A program made the translations under genes and the position numbers. The notes under the pieces were generated by a model. It searched no databases and was not told the origin of the DNA. It saw only the letters and a list, made by a program, of their open reading frames with translations. A stretch of DNA of 64,000 nt. Origin: a virus. Taxonomy: Duplodnaviria; Caudoviricetes. Shown here one piece after another: positions 1 through 8,729 of the stretch. Within the stretch, counting starts at the first letter, position 1. The number at the start of each line of letters is the position of its first letter. The stretch lies in IMG/VR virus record IMGVR_UViG_3300011435_000017, positions 3,924 to 67,923 of that record; one strand, 5' to 3'.

Positions 1-63
1 GTGGCTGGAGGAGGAGAACGACCCGGCGGCGATGGGCTGGGTCGGGAAGGACGGGAGGCCCTG

Positions 64-351
64 ATGGAGACGATCTACAAGGCGTTCGACGGCACCGAGT
101 TCGCAACCGAGGACGCGTGCCTCGTGCACGAGCAGCGGCTGCGCAACCCGATGGCGTACCTCGCCTGCACCAACCCGAAGATGATCACGCACCACGACGT
201 GGGCGTGCCGCGCATCGTCGATGGGCTGTTCACGCTGCGCTTCGCGGACGGCTCGATCATCGAGATCACCCACAACGAGGTGAAGGTGTTCGACCAGTCG
301 GCGACGCGCTGCTTCCACGGCTACACGTACAACAGGAACTTGGAGAACTGA
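64..351 (+). CDS. Hypothetical early protein (METIYKAFDGTEF...)
   Basis: ATG at 64 follows GGGAGG and a TGATG overlap with an upstream gene truncated by the window edge. Confidence 0.7.
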   Translation: METIYKAFDGTEFATEDACLVHEQRLRNPMAYLACTNPKMITHHDVGVPRIVDGLFTLRFADGSIIEITHNEVKVFDQSATRCFHGYTYNRNLEN

Positions 352-352
352 G

Positions 353-589
353 ATGAAGATCGAATTCATCGGACCGGCTGCGGGCGAGGAGCTGGCGTTC
401 GTCAACGCCTGCAAGCGCATCTACCGGTGGGGGGCTGCGGACATCAGCGTCAAGGTCTACATGCACCCGCGCAACGCGAACGGCTGGCTCGAATGGATCA
501 TCGTGATCGCGGGCGAGCAGGGCGACCACCGCATCACCATCGGCATGATCCAGCGGGAGCCGGGAAAGGAGTACGAGTTCCACTCCTGA
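353..589 (+). CDS. Hypothetical protein, 78 aa
   Basis: Starts directly after the previous stop, with GGAG upstream. Confidence 0.7.
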   Translation: MKIEFIGPAAGEELAFVNACKRIYRWGAADISVKVYMHPRNANGWLEWIIVIAGEQGDHRITIGMIQREPGKEYEFHS

Positions 590-612
590 CCTGTTGTACA
601 CTGTTGTTGCCC

Positions 613-629
613 GTTTGACATTGTGTCAA
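613..629. promoter_or_regulatory. Palindromic early-region motif, copy 1 (GTTTGACATTGTGTCAA)
   Basis: Intergenic and matches seven other copies at 57.7-61.8 kb. Confidence 0.8.
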
Positions 630-651
630 TCAACCATAGGAGAACGTATAC

Positions 652-867
652 ATGGCAACAGCAATCAAGATCGACAAGAACGTCCCCCTACCCGAATCGC
701 AGGGCAGGGGGTTCTCGGCGGCGCTTCGCAAGATGAAGCCGGGCGAGAGCATCGTGATCCCCCTCGATGCGCGTTCGTCGATCCGTACCCTCGCCACCCG
801 GCTGGGGCTGCGCATCAACGTGCGCACGATCGACGCCGAACACATCCGTGTGTGGTTGGTGAAGTGA
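652..867 (+). CDS. Small basic protein, putative DNA-binding
   Basis: The pattern IDKNVPLP...M-x-PGES-x-VIP...R-x-W resembles a common family of small phage DNA-binding proteins. RBS AGGAGA is upstream. Confidence 0.6.
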   Translation: MATAIKIDKNVPLPESQGRGFSAALRKMKPGESIVIPLDARSSIRTLATRLGLRINVRTIDAEHIRVWLVK

Positions 868-873
868 AACCCC

Positions 874-891
874 GGCCCGCTTCGGCGGGCC
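874..891 (+). other. C(UUCG)G tetraloop hairpin
   Basis: GGCCCGC-TTCG-GCGGGCC between genes, with no U-tract. Confidence 0.6.
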
Positions 892-908
892 ACCTCAAGG
901 AGAAACGC

Positions 909-1280
909 ATGGCTTATTCCGTGCACAAGTGCACCGGGTCCGGCGCCACGCTGGACAACTTCCGGTTCCGCCCGACGTTCTGGTTCGAGCTGCGCTACGA
1001 CGACGACAACAAGGTGGCAGCGAGCACGCCGCACTACTTCGTCGATGGGCTCACGTCGCGGCAGATCAACGGCTATCGACTGTCGATGGCCAAGCTCGTG
1101 CGCCGCTACGAGTTCTACCTCCAGAAGCACGGCGTGCGCTTCGAGGTCGAGCAGGAGCAGAAGCGCGAGGTCGAGCGCGCGGCCAAGAAGAAGGAGCAGC
1201 GCATCAAGTGGCTGCAGACGAACATCCCGCTGCTCACCGCCGAGCTGGCCGAGTTGACGAAGGAAGAGGTGCCGGCATGA
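909..1280 (+). CDS. Hypothetical protein (MAYSVHKCTG...), C-terminal coiled coil
   Basis: RBS AAGGAG upstream; ATGA overlap with the next gene. Confidence 0.75.
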   Translation: MAYSVHKCTGSGATLDNFRFRPTFWFELRYDDDNKVAASTPHYFVDGLTSRQINGYRLSMAKLVRRYEFYLQKHGVRFEVEQEQKREVERAAKKKEQRIKWLQTNIPLLTAELAELTKEEVPA

Positions 1281-1441
1281 TCAGCGACGAGGAGTACATC
1301 GCGCAGATCGCCACGATGTCGGCACTGGAGTTGCTTGGTGAGGTGCTGGCCAACCCCAGCTACCTGACCGACAGCTACTACACCGCCTTCGGCCGCGCGA
1401 TCAGCGCCCGTTACCAGCAACTCTTGGGGAGCGCGAAGTGA
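1277..1441 (+). CDS. Hypothetical protein, 54 aa
   Basis: ATGA and GTGA overlaps on both sides. Confidence 0.6.
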   Translation: MISDEEYIAQIATMSALELLGEVLANPSYLTDSYYTAFGRAISARYQQLLGSAK

Positions 1442-1626
1442 ACGACGACAACATCGTGATGATCACCAAGGCCGAGCACCAGCGGCTCTTGGACTGCGAG
1501 AAGGCGTGGTGCGCCGTCGTCGATGCGCTGCACTCGGTCAACGTCGAAATCTTTGCCAAGCCCCTGACCGGCATCGAGTGCGCGCTCGTCGAGATCAAGC
1601 GGCTGCAGGCCGTGCGCGAGGGCTGA
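1438..1626 (+). CDS. Hypothetical protein, 62 aa
   Basis: GTGA translational coupling. Confidence 0.6.
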   Translation: MNDDNIVMITKAEHQRLLDCEKAWCAVVDALHSVNVEIFAKPLTGIECALVEIKRLQAVREG

Positions 1627-1627
1627 C

Positions 1628-1855
1628 ATGAACGTCGCCACACCCGAGGGCATGGCGTTCGCCATTGCGTGGACGAAGGCGCATCTCGCGCGCATCAACG
1701 AAGGAGGTATCTGGTTCGTGCCTCGGGTGTGCTCGGAGTACGAGATCAGTCACAAGAACAAGACTGCAACCCGGCGCGGACTCATGTCCGATCCGGCCAT
1801 CACCAAGGTCCTGACTGCAATGGGCTGGACCGTCATCGAGAAGGAGAACCCTTGA
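1628..1855 (+). CDS. Hypothetical protein, 75 aa
   Basis: GAGGG RBS; tight gene packing. Confidence 0.65.
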   Translation: MNVATPEGMAFAIAWTKAHLARINEGGIWFVPRVCSEYEISHKNKTATRRGLMSDPAITKVLTAMGWTVIEKENP

Positions 1856-2100
1856 AACTCATCGACATCAACCACACGCATGGGCTCGCGCTCGTGCAAG
1901 ACAAGGACGGCAGGCACACGCGCTACGTCGAGGTGGACGAGGCGCCGACTGAGCTGGATACCAGCTACACGAAGCAAATCTACCTCGGCCAGCTCCACTA
2001 CGTGGCGTCGCACACCGTCGTCGGCCTCGTCGTGCACGACCGGATCATCAACGGCAAGCGCTGTCCCAAGGACGGGTGGACCCGGTGGAAGCCGGTCTGA
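1852..2100 (+). CDS. Hypothetical protein, 82 aa (TTG start)
   Basis: AAGGAG RBS and a TTGA overlap with the previous stop. Confidence 0.6.
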   Translation: MKLIDINHTHGLALVQDKDGRHTRYVEVDEAPTELDTSYTKQIYLGQLHYVASHTVVGLVVHDRIINGKRCPKDGWTRWKPV

Positions 2101-2546
2101 TGAAACACTGGCGCGCGTACATCCGCAAGCGGATCAAGGTCGATCCGAAGACTGGGTGCTGGTTGTGGCAACTGCGCTGCGACAAGGATGGCTACGGCCA
2201 CACGACGCACGCCTATGTGCACGGGCTCGACTCGCAGGCGCATCGCCTGTCGTTCACTGCGTTCAAGGGGCGCATCCCCAAGGGCAAGGTGGTGCGGCAC
2301 AAGTGCCACACGCCGCCGTGCTGCAACCCCGAGCACCTGCTCAAGGGCACGCCTCAGGACAACACGAACGACAGCAGACGCGACGGGCGCAAGGTGGGCA
2401 AGCCGAAGCTGACGCATGCGCAAGTGGTGCGCATCAAGAAGCGGCTGGCACAAGGCACGCTGCAGTGCGTGATCGCTGCGCAGTTCAACGTGCATCCATC
2501 GGCGATCAGCAACATCAAGAGGGGCCGCAGATGGATGCAGGCATAA
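2100..2546 (+). CDS. HNH endonuclease with C-terminal HTH-like segment
   Basis: Contains CWLW...DGYG...AHRLS...VVRHKCHTPPCCNPEHL...T-x-QDN, the classic HNH/His-Cys motif. Confidence 0.9.
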   Translation: MKHWRAYIRKRIKVDPKTGCWLWQLRCDKDGYGHTTHAYVHGLDSQAHRLSFTAFKGRIPKGKVVRHKCHTPPCCNPEHLLKGTPQDNTNDSRRDGRKVGKPKLTHAQVVRIKKRLAQGTLQCVIAAQFNVHPSAISNIKRGRRWMQA

Positions 2547-2678
2547 GGTTTTATTTCAAAGGAAGGAGGTGGCACGTCACCAGTAGCAAGCGAGCAGTAC
2601 CCGCCCAGCAGTGGTGGGATGCAATCAATCAGGTCAAGTGCCTGAATCATCAACTGAGAATGAAAGAGAGAACGCAAC

Positions 2679-3251
2679 ATGGCACGAGCACACACCGCTA
2701 AGGCGGCGAAGGACTACCCCGAGCACGGCATCAAGAAGGGCGACACGTACTTCTACTGGGCGCACTTCCGCGGCCCGAAGCAGATGAGCAAGACGCCGCC
2801 CCGCCAGAGCCAACTCACCGGCAGCCCCAAGCTGTCGAACGTGTACGCCGCAGACGAGGCGTTGCAGGACGCGCTCGGCGATGCGACCTGCCCCGAGGAC
2901 GTGGCGACGGCGCTCGGAGAGGCGGCGCAGGCCGTCGAGGAGTGCATCAGCGAGTACGAGGAGGCTGTCTCCAATCTGGAGGAGGGCTTCCCCAACGGCT
3001 GCCCCCAGCTCGACGAGACGACCGAGGCGAAGGACAACCTCGAATCGTGGAAGGACGAGCTGGAGTCGGCGCAGTCGGACGTGGAAGGGCTCGACCCCAC
3101 CGACTTCGTGGACGAGGGCGCCGAGCCCGCCGAGGGCGAGGACAAGCGCGAGAAGGCGCCCGAGTCGTTCGACGATCTCTACCCGTCGGAGCAGGAGGCG
3201 ATGATGGAGGAGGCGCAGGCGCTCGCCAACAACGTGAGCTGCCCGTTGTGA
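2679..3251 (+). CDS. Hypothetical protein with basic N-terminus and very acidic helical C-terminal half
   Basis: 190-aa ORF with a strongly D/E-rich C-terminal region. Confidence 0.75.
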   Translation: MARAHTAKAAKDYPEHGIKKGDTYFYWAHFRGPKQMSKTPPRQSQLTGSPKLSNVYAADEALQDALGDATCPEDVATALGEAAQAVEECISEYEEAVSNLEEGFPNGCPQLDETTEAKDNLESWKDELESAQSDVEGLDPTDFVDEGAEPAEGEDKREKAPESFDDLYPSEQEAMMEEAQALANNVSCPL

Positions 3252-3391
3252 AGCGGACACCGCGCTCGCTTCGGGAAGCATTCCCGAAGGACTACGAGCC
3301 GGTGCTCAACACCGGCTCGCGTGCCCGCCTCGGCGGGCTTTACCTGCTCATCGTCGCGCTGATCGGCGCGGCGTTGTACTTCTGGAGCTGA
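3248..3391 (+). CDS. Small membrane protein, 47 aa
   Basis: GTGA overlap; C-terminal hydrophobic helix GLYLLIVALIGAALYFW. Confidence 0.6.
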   Translation: MKRTPRSLREAFPKDYEPVLNTGSRARLGGLYLLIVALIGAALYFWS

Positions 3392-3392
3392 C

Positions 3393-3656
3393 ATGGCAAG
3401 AGCAAAGCTCAAGCTGTTCCGCTGTGATCTCCAAGTCGCAGCCACTGCCTACATCAAGGCGTACACCAAGAAGGAGGCCACACGCCTGCTCGATGAGTTC
3501 ATCGAGGACGGCAGCGCGCTCGAAGTCGAAGGCCCGGAAATCTTCGGCGAGAGCTACCACCATCCGCGCATGCCCATCGTGAGCATGTCGCCGGCCATGA
3601 CGATCCACGGCCGCTTCCGCGGCAGCAAGATCGAGCACGCGGAGGACTTGGGATGA
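3393..3656 (+). CDS. Hypothetical protein, 87 aa
   Basis: Tight packing with GGAG upstream. Confidence 0.65.
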   Translation: MARAKLKLFRCDLQVAATAYIKAYTKKEATRLLDEFIEDGSALEVEGPEIFGESYHHPRMPIVSMSPAMTIHGRFRGSKIEHAEDLG

Positions 3657-4057
3657 CGACGGGCAACGAGTTCCTCGCTGCCGTGCGTGGCATCCCCACG
3701 CACCACGTTGCGATGGCGCTGAACGAGTTCACGTTCGGCCTCCGCTGGACGGGCTGCTCGAAGAAGTACATGGCCAAGGAGTTCGATCGACAGGCGCACA
3801 AGACGCTGCAGCGCGTCGAGCTGGCGCACCTCGCTGTCATGGCGCGGGCACGGGCCGACGGCTTCAACCGCTGGTGGGACCTGCCTCGTGCCACCAAGCA
3901 CCTCGTCGAGAAGGCTGCCCGCAACGGCGTGAACATCGACCCGGTGCACACCGCGCTCGGCGTGCTGGTCCTGACGCCGCACATCCGCAAGTACCTCGCA
4001 GAGAACGACCCGAAGGCCCTTAGGCAGGCCGAAGAGGCGTTCGCGAACAGCAAGTAG
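3653..4057 (+). CDS. Hypothetical protein, 134 aa
   Basis: ATGA overlap with the previous gene. Confidence 0.7.
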   Translation: MTTGNEFLAAVRGIPTHHVAMALNEFTFGLRWTGCSKKYMAKEFDRQAHKTLQRVELAHLAVMARARADGFNRWWDLPRATKHLVEKAARNGVNIDPVHTALGVLVLTPHIRKYLAENDPKALRQAEEAFANSK

Positions 4058-4065
4058 ACGCAGAA

Positions 4066-4087
4066 GGTGGGGCTGCATCTCCCCACC
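4066..4087 (+). other. Intergenic hairpin GGTGGGG-8nt-CCCCACC
   Basis: 7-bp stem upstream of the AAA ATPase gene. Confidence 0.4.
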
Positions 4088-4107
4088 ACATTCCTCAGAA
4101 GGAAGCT

Positions 4108-5232
4108 ATGAAACTCACTCTCAACCACAAGCAGATCGCCGAACTCATCAAGGCTGTCGGCAGCGACCGAACGGTGCTCGTGCAGGGCGAAGCCGGCACG
4201 GGCAAGACCACGCTGCTGTACGCGTTGGCGAAGGACCCGCACTTCGCCAGCTACCACGTTGTCGCTCCGATCGACTGCACGCAGTTGTCGGACGGCTCGA
4301 TCTGGGTGCCGGACATCGACCGTGAGGCCGGCGTCTCGCGCGAGCTGCCGAACGAGCGCTTCGGCATCAGCCGTGGCAACCACCACGGCATCGAGGGCGC
4401 GCAGCCGATCCTGCTGTGCTTCGACGAGATTGCGAAGGCGCGTCAGTACATCAAGGACGCGATTGCGCCGCTGCTGTACGAGCACCGCAGCGGCGACTAC
4501 CGCATGCCCAAGGGCAGCGTGGTGTTCGCTTGCACGAACCTCGGCGCGGAAGGGCTGGGCGACACGATGCAGGGCCACCTGCGCGACCGCATCATCGACG
4601 TGACGCTGCGCAAGCCGACCGCCGAGGAGTGGACGGAGAACTTCGCGATGCACCACGACCTGCACCCGGCGATCCTTGCCTGCGTGCAGGAGTACCCGCA
4701 GGTGTTCGAGTCGTTCACCGACTACGAGCCGGACGGTCCGAAGGCGGGGCGCGATCTGGCGCGCGACAACCCGTACATCTTCAACCCGAGGGCGACCCAA
4801 GACAAATGGGCAACGCCGCGTTCGCTGCACGCGGCGAGCGACATCCTGCACAAGGGCGGCGCGCTGGACAACGACACGATCACGGCCGCGCTCAACGGCA
4901 CCATCGGCCGCGCATACACCGCGCTGCTGATGGCGTACGTGCGCTTCGGCCAGTCGCTGCCGGCGTTCAGCATGGTCGTCTCCGATCCGAAGGGGACGGC
5001 GGTGCCGGTCAACCCCGGCGCGAAGGTGATGCTGGCCTTCCGCCTGATCCAGCAGGTGAAGGAGCGGCAGGAGGCGGAAGCGGTCAGCCAGTACATGGCG
5101 CGCTTCCCCAACGAGATGAAACTCCTCTTCGCTTCCAACGTGTCCCACAACACCAAGAAGATGGGACTCTTCTCACGGTCGGCGACGTTCACCACGGAGC
5201 TGGCCAAGAGCTTGAAGGTGCTCAATGCCTGA
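4108..5232 (+). CDS. AAA+ ATPase (MoxR/dynein-related AAA_5-like)
   Basis: Walker A GEAGTGKT, Walker B LLCFDE, sensor ACTN, and a PRS motif in the helical lid. Confidence 0.9.
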   Translation: MKLTLNHKQIAELIKAVGSDRTVLVQGEAGTGKTTLLYALAKDPHFASYHVVAPIDCTQLSDGSIWVPDIDREAGVSRELPNERFGISRGNHHGIEGAQPILLCFDEIAKARQYIKDAIAPLLYEHRSGDYRMPKGSVVFACTNLGAEGLGDTMQGHLRDRIIDVTLRKPTAEEWTENFAMHHDLHPAILACVQEYPQVFESFTDYEPDGPKAGRDLARDNPYIFNPRATQDKWATPRSLHAASDILHKGGALDNDTITAALNGTIGRAYTALLMAYVRFGQSLPAFSMVVSDPKGTAVPVNPGAKVMLAFRLIQQVKERQEAEAVSQYMARFPNEMKLLFASNVSHNTKKMGLFSRSATFTTELAKSLKVLNA

Positions 5233-5446
5233 AATGACCGAAGAGGAATACGTGAAGCTCAGAACGCTGGTCGGCAACGACCTGAAGCAACTGATGCACA
5301 TCCACGAGAAGCGCGCCGACCCCGAGGTTCTGGCACTCATCATGCTGGAGGTCGCAGTCGGGGCTGCGCACTACTTCGACAAGTCCGAGGACGTGGTTCA
5401 AACGATCGTGCACGACATCTACAAGGAAAGGAACAAGCCGAAATGA
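5225..5446 (+). CDS. Hypothetical protein, 73 aa
   Basis: Overlaps both neighbours in the operon. Confidence 0.65.
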   Translation: MPEMTEEEYVKLRTLVGNDLKQLMHIHEKRADPEVLALIMLEVAVGAAHYFDKSEDVVQTIVHDIYKERNKPK

Positions 5447-6663
5447 GCACCAACTACGACGGACTCAACGCGCGGGAGCGAATCTCCCGCATTCACCTCG
5501 ACCTGATGCAGGACCCCGAGTTCAGCCGCATCGGGCCGGTCACGCAGATCGGCGAGGTGCACATCGCGGGGCCTGACAAGCCCACGGCGTGCACCAACGG
5601 GCTCGACACTTGGTACAACGAGCAGTGGACGCTGAGCCTCAACCGGGGCCAGCTCCGCTACGTCGTGGCGCACGAGCAGTTGCACAAGCTGCTCATGCAC
5701 TGCACGCTGTACAACGCCGCGTTCAAGAAGCACCCGCGGGAAGCCGCGCAAGCGGTGGACTACGTGGTCAACCTCGTCGTCGAGGACATGGACGGCAAGC
5801 GTAGTTTCGTCGAACGACCGACCGACTACCCGCCGCTGATCGACGAGAAGTACCGGGACTGGTCCTGCATGGAGGTGCTGCAGGACTTGATCAACGGCGG
5901 CGACGGCGGCACGGGCGGCGGTGGCAAGGGCACCGGCAAGGGCGGCACTGCGCCTCCGATGGACGAGCACATGCAGCGCGAGCCCGGCGACGGCGATGCG
6001 CAGAAGGCGAAGGAGGAAGAGCAGATGCTGGAGGACGCGCACGCACAGGGGGAGATCACGAGTGCGCGCCTTCGGGGCACGAACGCAGGGGGCGCCTCGC
6101 TCAAGGGCTTCGAGAAGACCACCACCGAGTGGCGCGATCCGCTGCGTCAGTTCATGGTCGAGGCGATGGAGGGCGACGAGATGTCGCGCTGGTGCCCGCC
6201 CAACAAGCTGTTCCGTCCGCTCGGCATCATGCTGCCGTCGCACTTCGCGGAGGCAGTGGGCGGGCTCGTGGTCGCGTGCGACACGTCGGGCTCGATGCGT
6301 GCGTACTACGCACGCGTCTTCGGCGAGATCGGGCGCGTGTGCGAGCAGGTGCAGCCGCAGTGGGTCATCGTGATCTGGTGGGACACGAAGGTGCAGAGCA
6401 TCCAGCGCTTCGTGCCGGCCGACTACGCCACGCTGGACAAGCGGCTGCAGGCCAAGGGCGGCGGGGGCACCACGGTGACGTGCGTGGCGACGTACATGAA
6501 GGAGCACAAGATCAAGCCGAAGGCGACGATCATCCTCACGGACGGCGAGATCGAGTCGCAGTACGAGTGCCCGCCGGGGCCGCTGCTCTGGGGCATCGTG
6601 GGCAACCATCGCTTCCGTCCGCTGAAGGGGAAGATGCTGCGCATTGGAAAGGAGACGCTGTGA
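5443..6663 (+). CDS. DUF2201-type putative metallopeptidase plus C-terminal VWA-like domain
   Basis: ACTNG...HEQLH (HExxH) followed by the MIDAS motif DTSGS, GGGGT and LTDG; adjacent to the AAA ATPase. Confidence 0.88.
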   Translation: MSTNYDGLNARERISRIHLDLMQDPEFSRIGPVTQIGEVHIAGPDKPTACTNGLDTWYNEQWTLSLNRGQLRYVVAHEQLHKLLMHCTLYNAAFKKHPREAAQAVDYVVNLVVEDMDGKRSFVERPTDYPPLIDEKYRDWSCMEVLQDLINGGDGGTGGGGKGTGKGGTAPPMDEHMQREPGDGDAQKAKEEEQMLEDAHAQGEITSARLRGTNAGGASLKGFEKTTTEWRDPLRQFMVEAMEGDEMSRWCPPNKLFRPLGIMLPSHFAEAVGGLVVACDTSGSMRAYYARVFGEIGRVCEQVQPQWVIVIWWDTKVQSIQRFVPADYATLDKRLQAKGGGGTTVTCVATYMKEHKIKPKATIILTDGEIESQYECPPGPLLWGIVGNHRFRPLKGKMLRIGKETL

Positions 6664-7001
6664 CGCAGCTCGATGCGCGTGGTGCACGGACAGTGGCGGC
6701 GATGAACCCCATGACCCCCGTGCACCACGCCAACGGCGACATGCTCGACGATACGTGGACCGGCCACGAGCTGACCGAGTACCGCATCGTCGAGGGCAAG
6801 TTCAGCGGCCCGCACTACCTGATCCAGCTCGGCCACATCCTCGATGCGGGCGATCCGACCGCGGCCGCGTTCCGCGTGAAGTTCATCATCCACTACCCGA
6901 TGGAGATGATGGCTGGTAGCAACGAAGAGATGGAGCAAGCCAACCGCTGCGCACGCGCCATGATGGGCATGCTCAACCTGAGACGAAAGGAGTTCGCGTG
7001 A
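6660..7001 (+). CDS. Hypothetical protein, paralog of the next gene's C-terminal domain
   Basis: GTG start overlapping the previous stop; shares HYLIQLG...FR...MLNLRR with the next ORF. Confidence 0.7.
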   Translation: MTQLDARGARTVAAMNPMTPVHHANGDMLDDTWTGHELTEYRIVEGKFSGPHYLIQLGHILDAGDPTAAAFRVKFIIHYPMEMMAGSNEEMEQANRCARAMMGMLNLRRKEFA

Positions 7002-7546
7002 CAACCGAACGAGAGAAGTGGATGAAGATTTTCGAGGAGAAGGCGCGGCAGAAGCTGACCGCCACGCAGGTCATGGATCAGAAGCGAGCGGCTGAGCTGG
7101 CGCTGCGCAACAACCAGCAGGGCGTCAACGTGCCGCGCTCGCCGATGCGCTCCCCGCGCACGACACCGTTGGCCAACAGCAGCACCGCGGGCGCCGAGCC
7201 CTTCGTGCGACCGAACGAGGAGCGCAGCATCACATCGCTGCAGGCACTCGTGCCGATACGCGTGGCCACGAGCCGCCCGCTCGAAGGCAAGTGGTCGGGC
7301 AGGGCGCTGCACGCGCATCGGGTGCTGCCCAGCCTGTTCGGTGGCAAGCACTTCCTGCTGCAGCTCGGGTACATGGAGAACGTCGGCGTGATCACGGGCG
7401 AGGAGGTGGACACGTTCCGCCTTGTCTTCGTGGTCAACTTGCCTGTGGAGGACAAGCACTCCCTTGACGATCCGCTGCGCATCGCGGACGCTTCGCGCTC
7501 AGCAGAAGCCCTGATACACATGCTCAACTTGAGGAGGATTCCCTGA
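6998..7546 (+). CDS. Hypothetical protein, 182 aa
   Basis: GTGA overlap with AAGGAG RBS. Confidence 0.75.
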   Translation: MTTEREKWMKIFEEKARQKLTATQVMDQKRAAELALRNNQQGVNVPRSPMRSPRTTPLANSSTAGAEPFVRPNEERSITSLQALVPIRVATSRPLEGKWSGRALHAHRVLPSLFGGKHFLLQLGYMENVGVITGEEVDTFRLVFVVNLPVEDKHSLDDPLRIADASRSAEALIHMLNLRRIP

Positions 7547-7598
7547 CCCAGACTGGTTTATAATTCCACACTGTTACACCACCAACCTGAAAGACGTT

Positions 7599-8486
7599 AT
7601 GAACAACCACTTGAATCTAAATTCCTGCGGCATCCTCGTGACCCTCGCCATCTCCCAGTGGACCGCGCGCAAGCTCGACCGAGGCGTGTCCGACGAGGTG
7701 GAGGCACAGAAGGGCGCCAAGTCCAAGGGCGCCGCTCGTGTCAACAAGAACCTCCTTGCCGGACGCCCGGAGCTGGAAGAGATCGCGCAGATCGCGACGA
7801 AGGCTCGCAACTACGTGTACGACAACACCTTCCCGTGGACCGACAGCGGACAGCGCCTGCTGCCCACGCTCAAGCTCATGGAGTTCGACAAGACCGTGCG
7901 CGGCTACATGGCCGAGTTCAACGCCAAGGTGGATGGCTTCATCAGCATCTACCCGTCGTTGATCACGGCGCAGGCGATGGCGCTGGGCGAGATGTTCAAG
8001 CGCGACGACTTCCCGTCGGCCTCCGAGATCGCCGGCAAGTTCTCGATCGGCATGGACATCGAGCCCGTGCCGGCCGCGGGCGACTTCCGGGTGGACGTGG
8101 GCAACGAGGCGCTGGAGGAGCTGCAGAAGAGCCTGTCGAACACCAATGCCAAGCGCGAGGCGGCGATGCTGGCTGACATCAGCAAGCGCTTCGGCGAGCA
8201 TCTGGCGCGCATGTCCGACCGGCTGGTGTCCGAGACGGACGCCAAGACCGGCGACCCCAAGCAGAAGCGCTTCCATGACACGCTCGTGTCGAGCGCCTTC
8301 GAGCTGTGCTCGCTGGTCAAGTCTCTGCCGGCGTTGGCCGGACACGACATCGATCGGCTGGCCACGGCACTGGAGAAGGCGCTGGACGGCACCACGGCGC
8401 AGGTGCTGCGCGACGACCACGGCAAGCGGGAGGACGTGCGCAAGGCGGTGAACAAGCTGCGCGACCAGTTCGACTTGTCGGCCTGA
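7599..8486 (+). CDS. DUF3150-like protein
   Basis: N-terminal L-x-ISQWTARKLD and a 295-aa helical composition match the family that accompanies AAA/VWA pairs (recognised by eye). Confidence 0.6.
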   Translation: MNNHLNLNSCGILVTLAISQWTARKLDRGVSDEVEAQKGAKSKGAARVNKNLLAGRPELEEIAQIATKARNYVYDNTFPWTDSGQRLLPTLKLMEFDKTVRGYMAEFNAKVDGFISIYPSLITAQAMALGEMFKRDDFPSASEIAGKFSIGMDIEPVPAAGDFRVDVGNEALEELQKSLSNTNAKREAAMLADISKRFGEHLARMSDRLVSETDAKTGDPKQKRFHDTLVSSAFELCSLVKSLPALAGHDIDRLATALEKALDGTTAQVLRDDHGKREDVRKAVNKLRDQFDLSA

Positions 8487-8501
8487 CCGGGGAGGTGCAC
8501 C

Positions 8502-8729
8502 ATGCAGAAGTGGCACCGAGAGCTGGTGCACCGCCTCCGGGCGGTTGGCATCAGCGTCCCCGAGGTGAAGCAGGGAGCCAAGTCCACCCGGATACGTTGT
8601 ACCAAGGGGGCCTATGAATTTCTGTACTTTGCCTCCACGAGTGCCTCAGACTACCGGGCAATGGAGAACGCCGTGAAGGAAATCACCCGCAGCTTGCGGC
8701 AGAAGGAGCAGCATGCAGAGAACGCTTGA
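8502..8729 (+). CDS. HicA-like (dsRBD-fold) small protein
   Basis: Helix-beta-beta-beta-helix layout ending in ASTSASDYRAMENAVKEITR, similar to the S-T-P-S-D-x-R-x-x-x-N motif of phage HicA-like proteins. Confidence 0.5.
   Translation: MQKWHRELVHRLRAVGISVPEVKQGAKSTRIRCTKGAYEFLYFASTSASDYRAMENAVKEITRSLRQKEQHAENA

Noticed and set aside
7553-7564. TATAAT upstream of the DUF3150-like gene as a sigma70 promoter
   Set aside because: There is no matching -35 or extended -10 at the correct spacing, so it is too weak to call.
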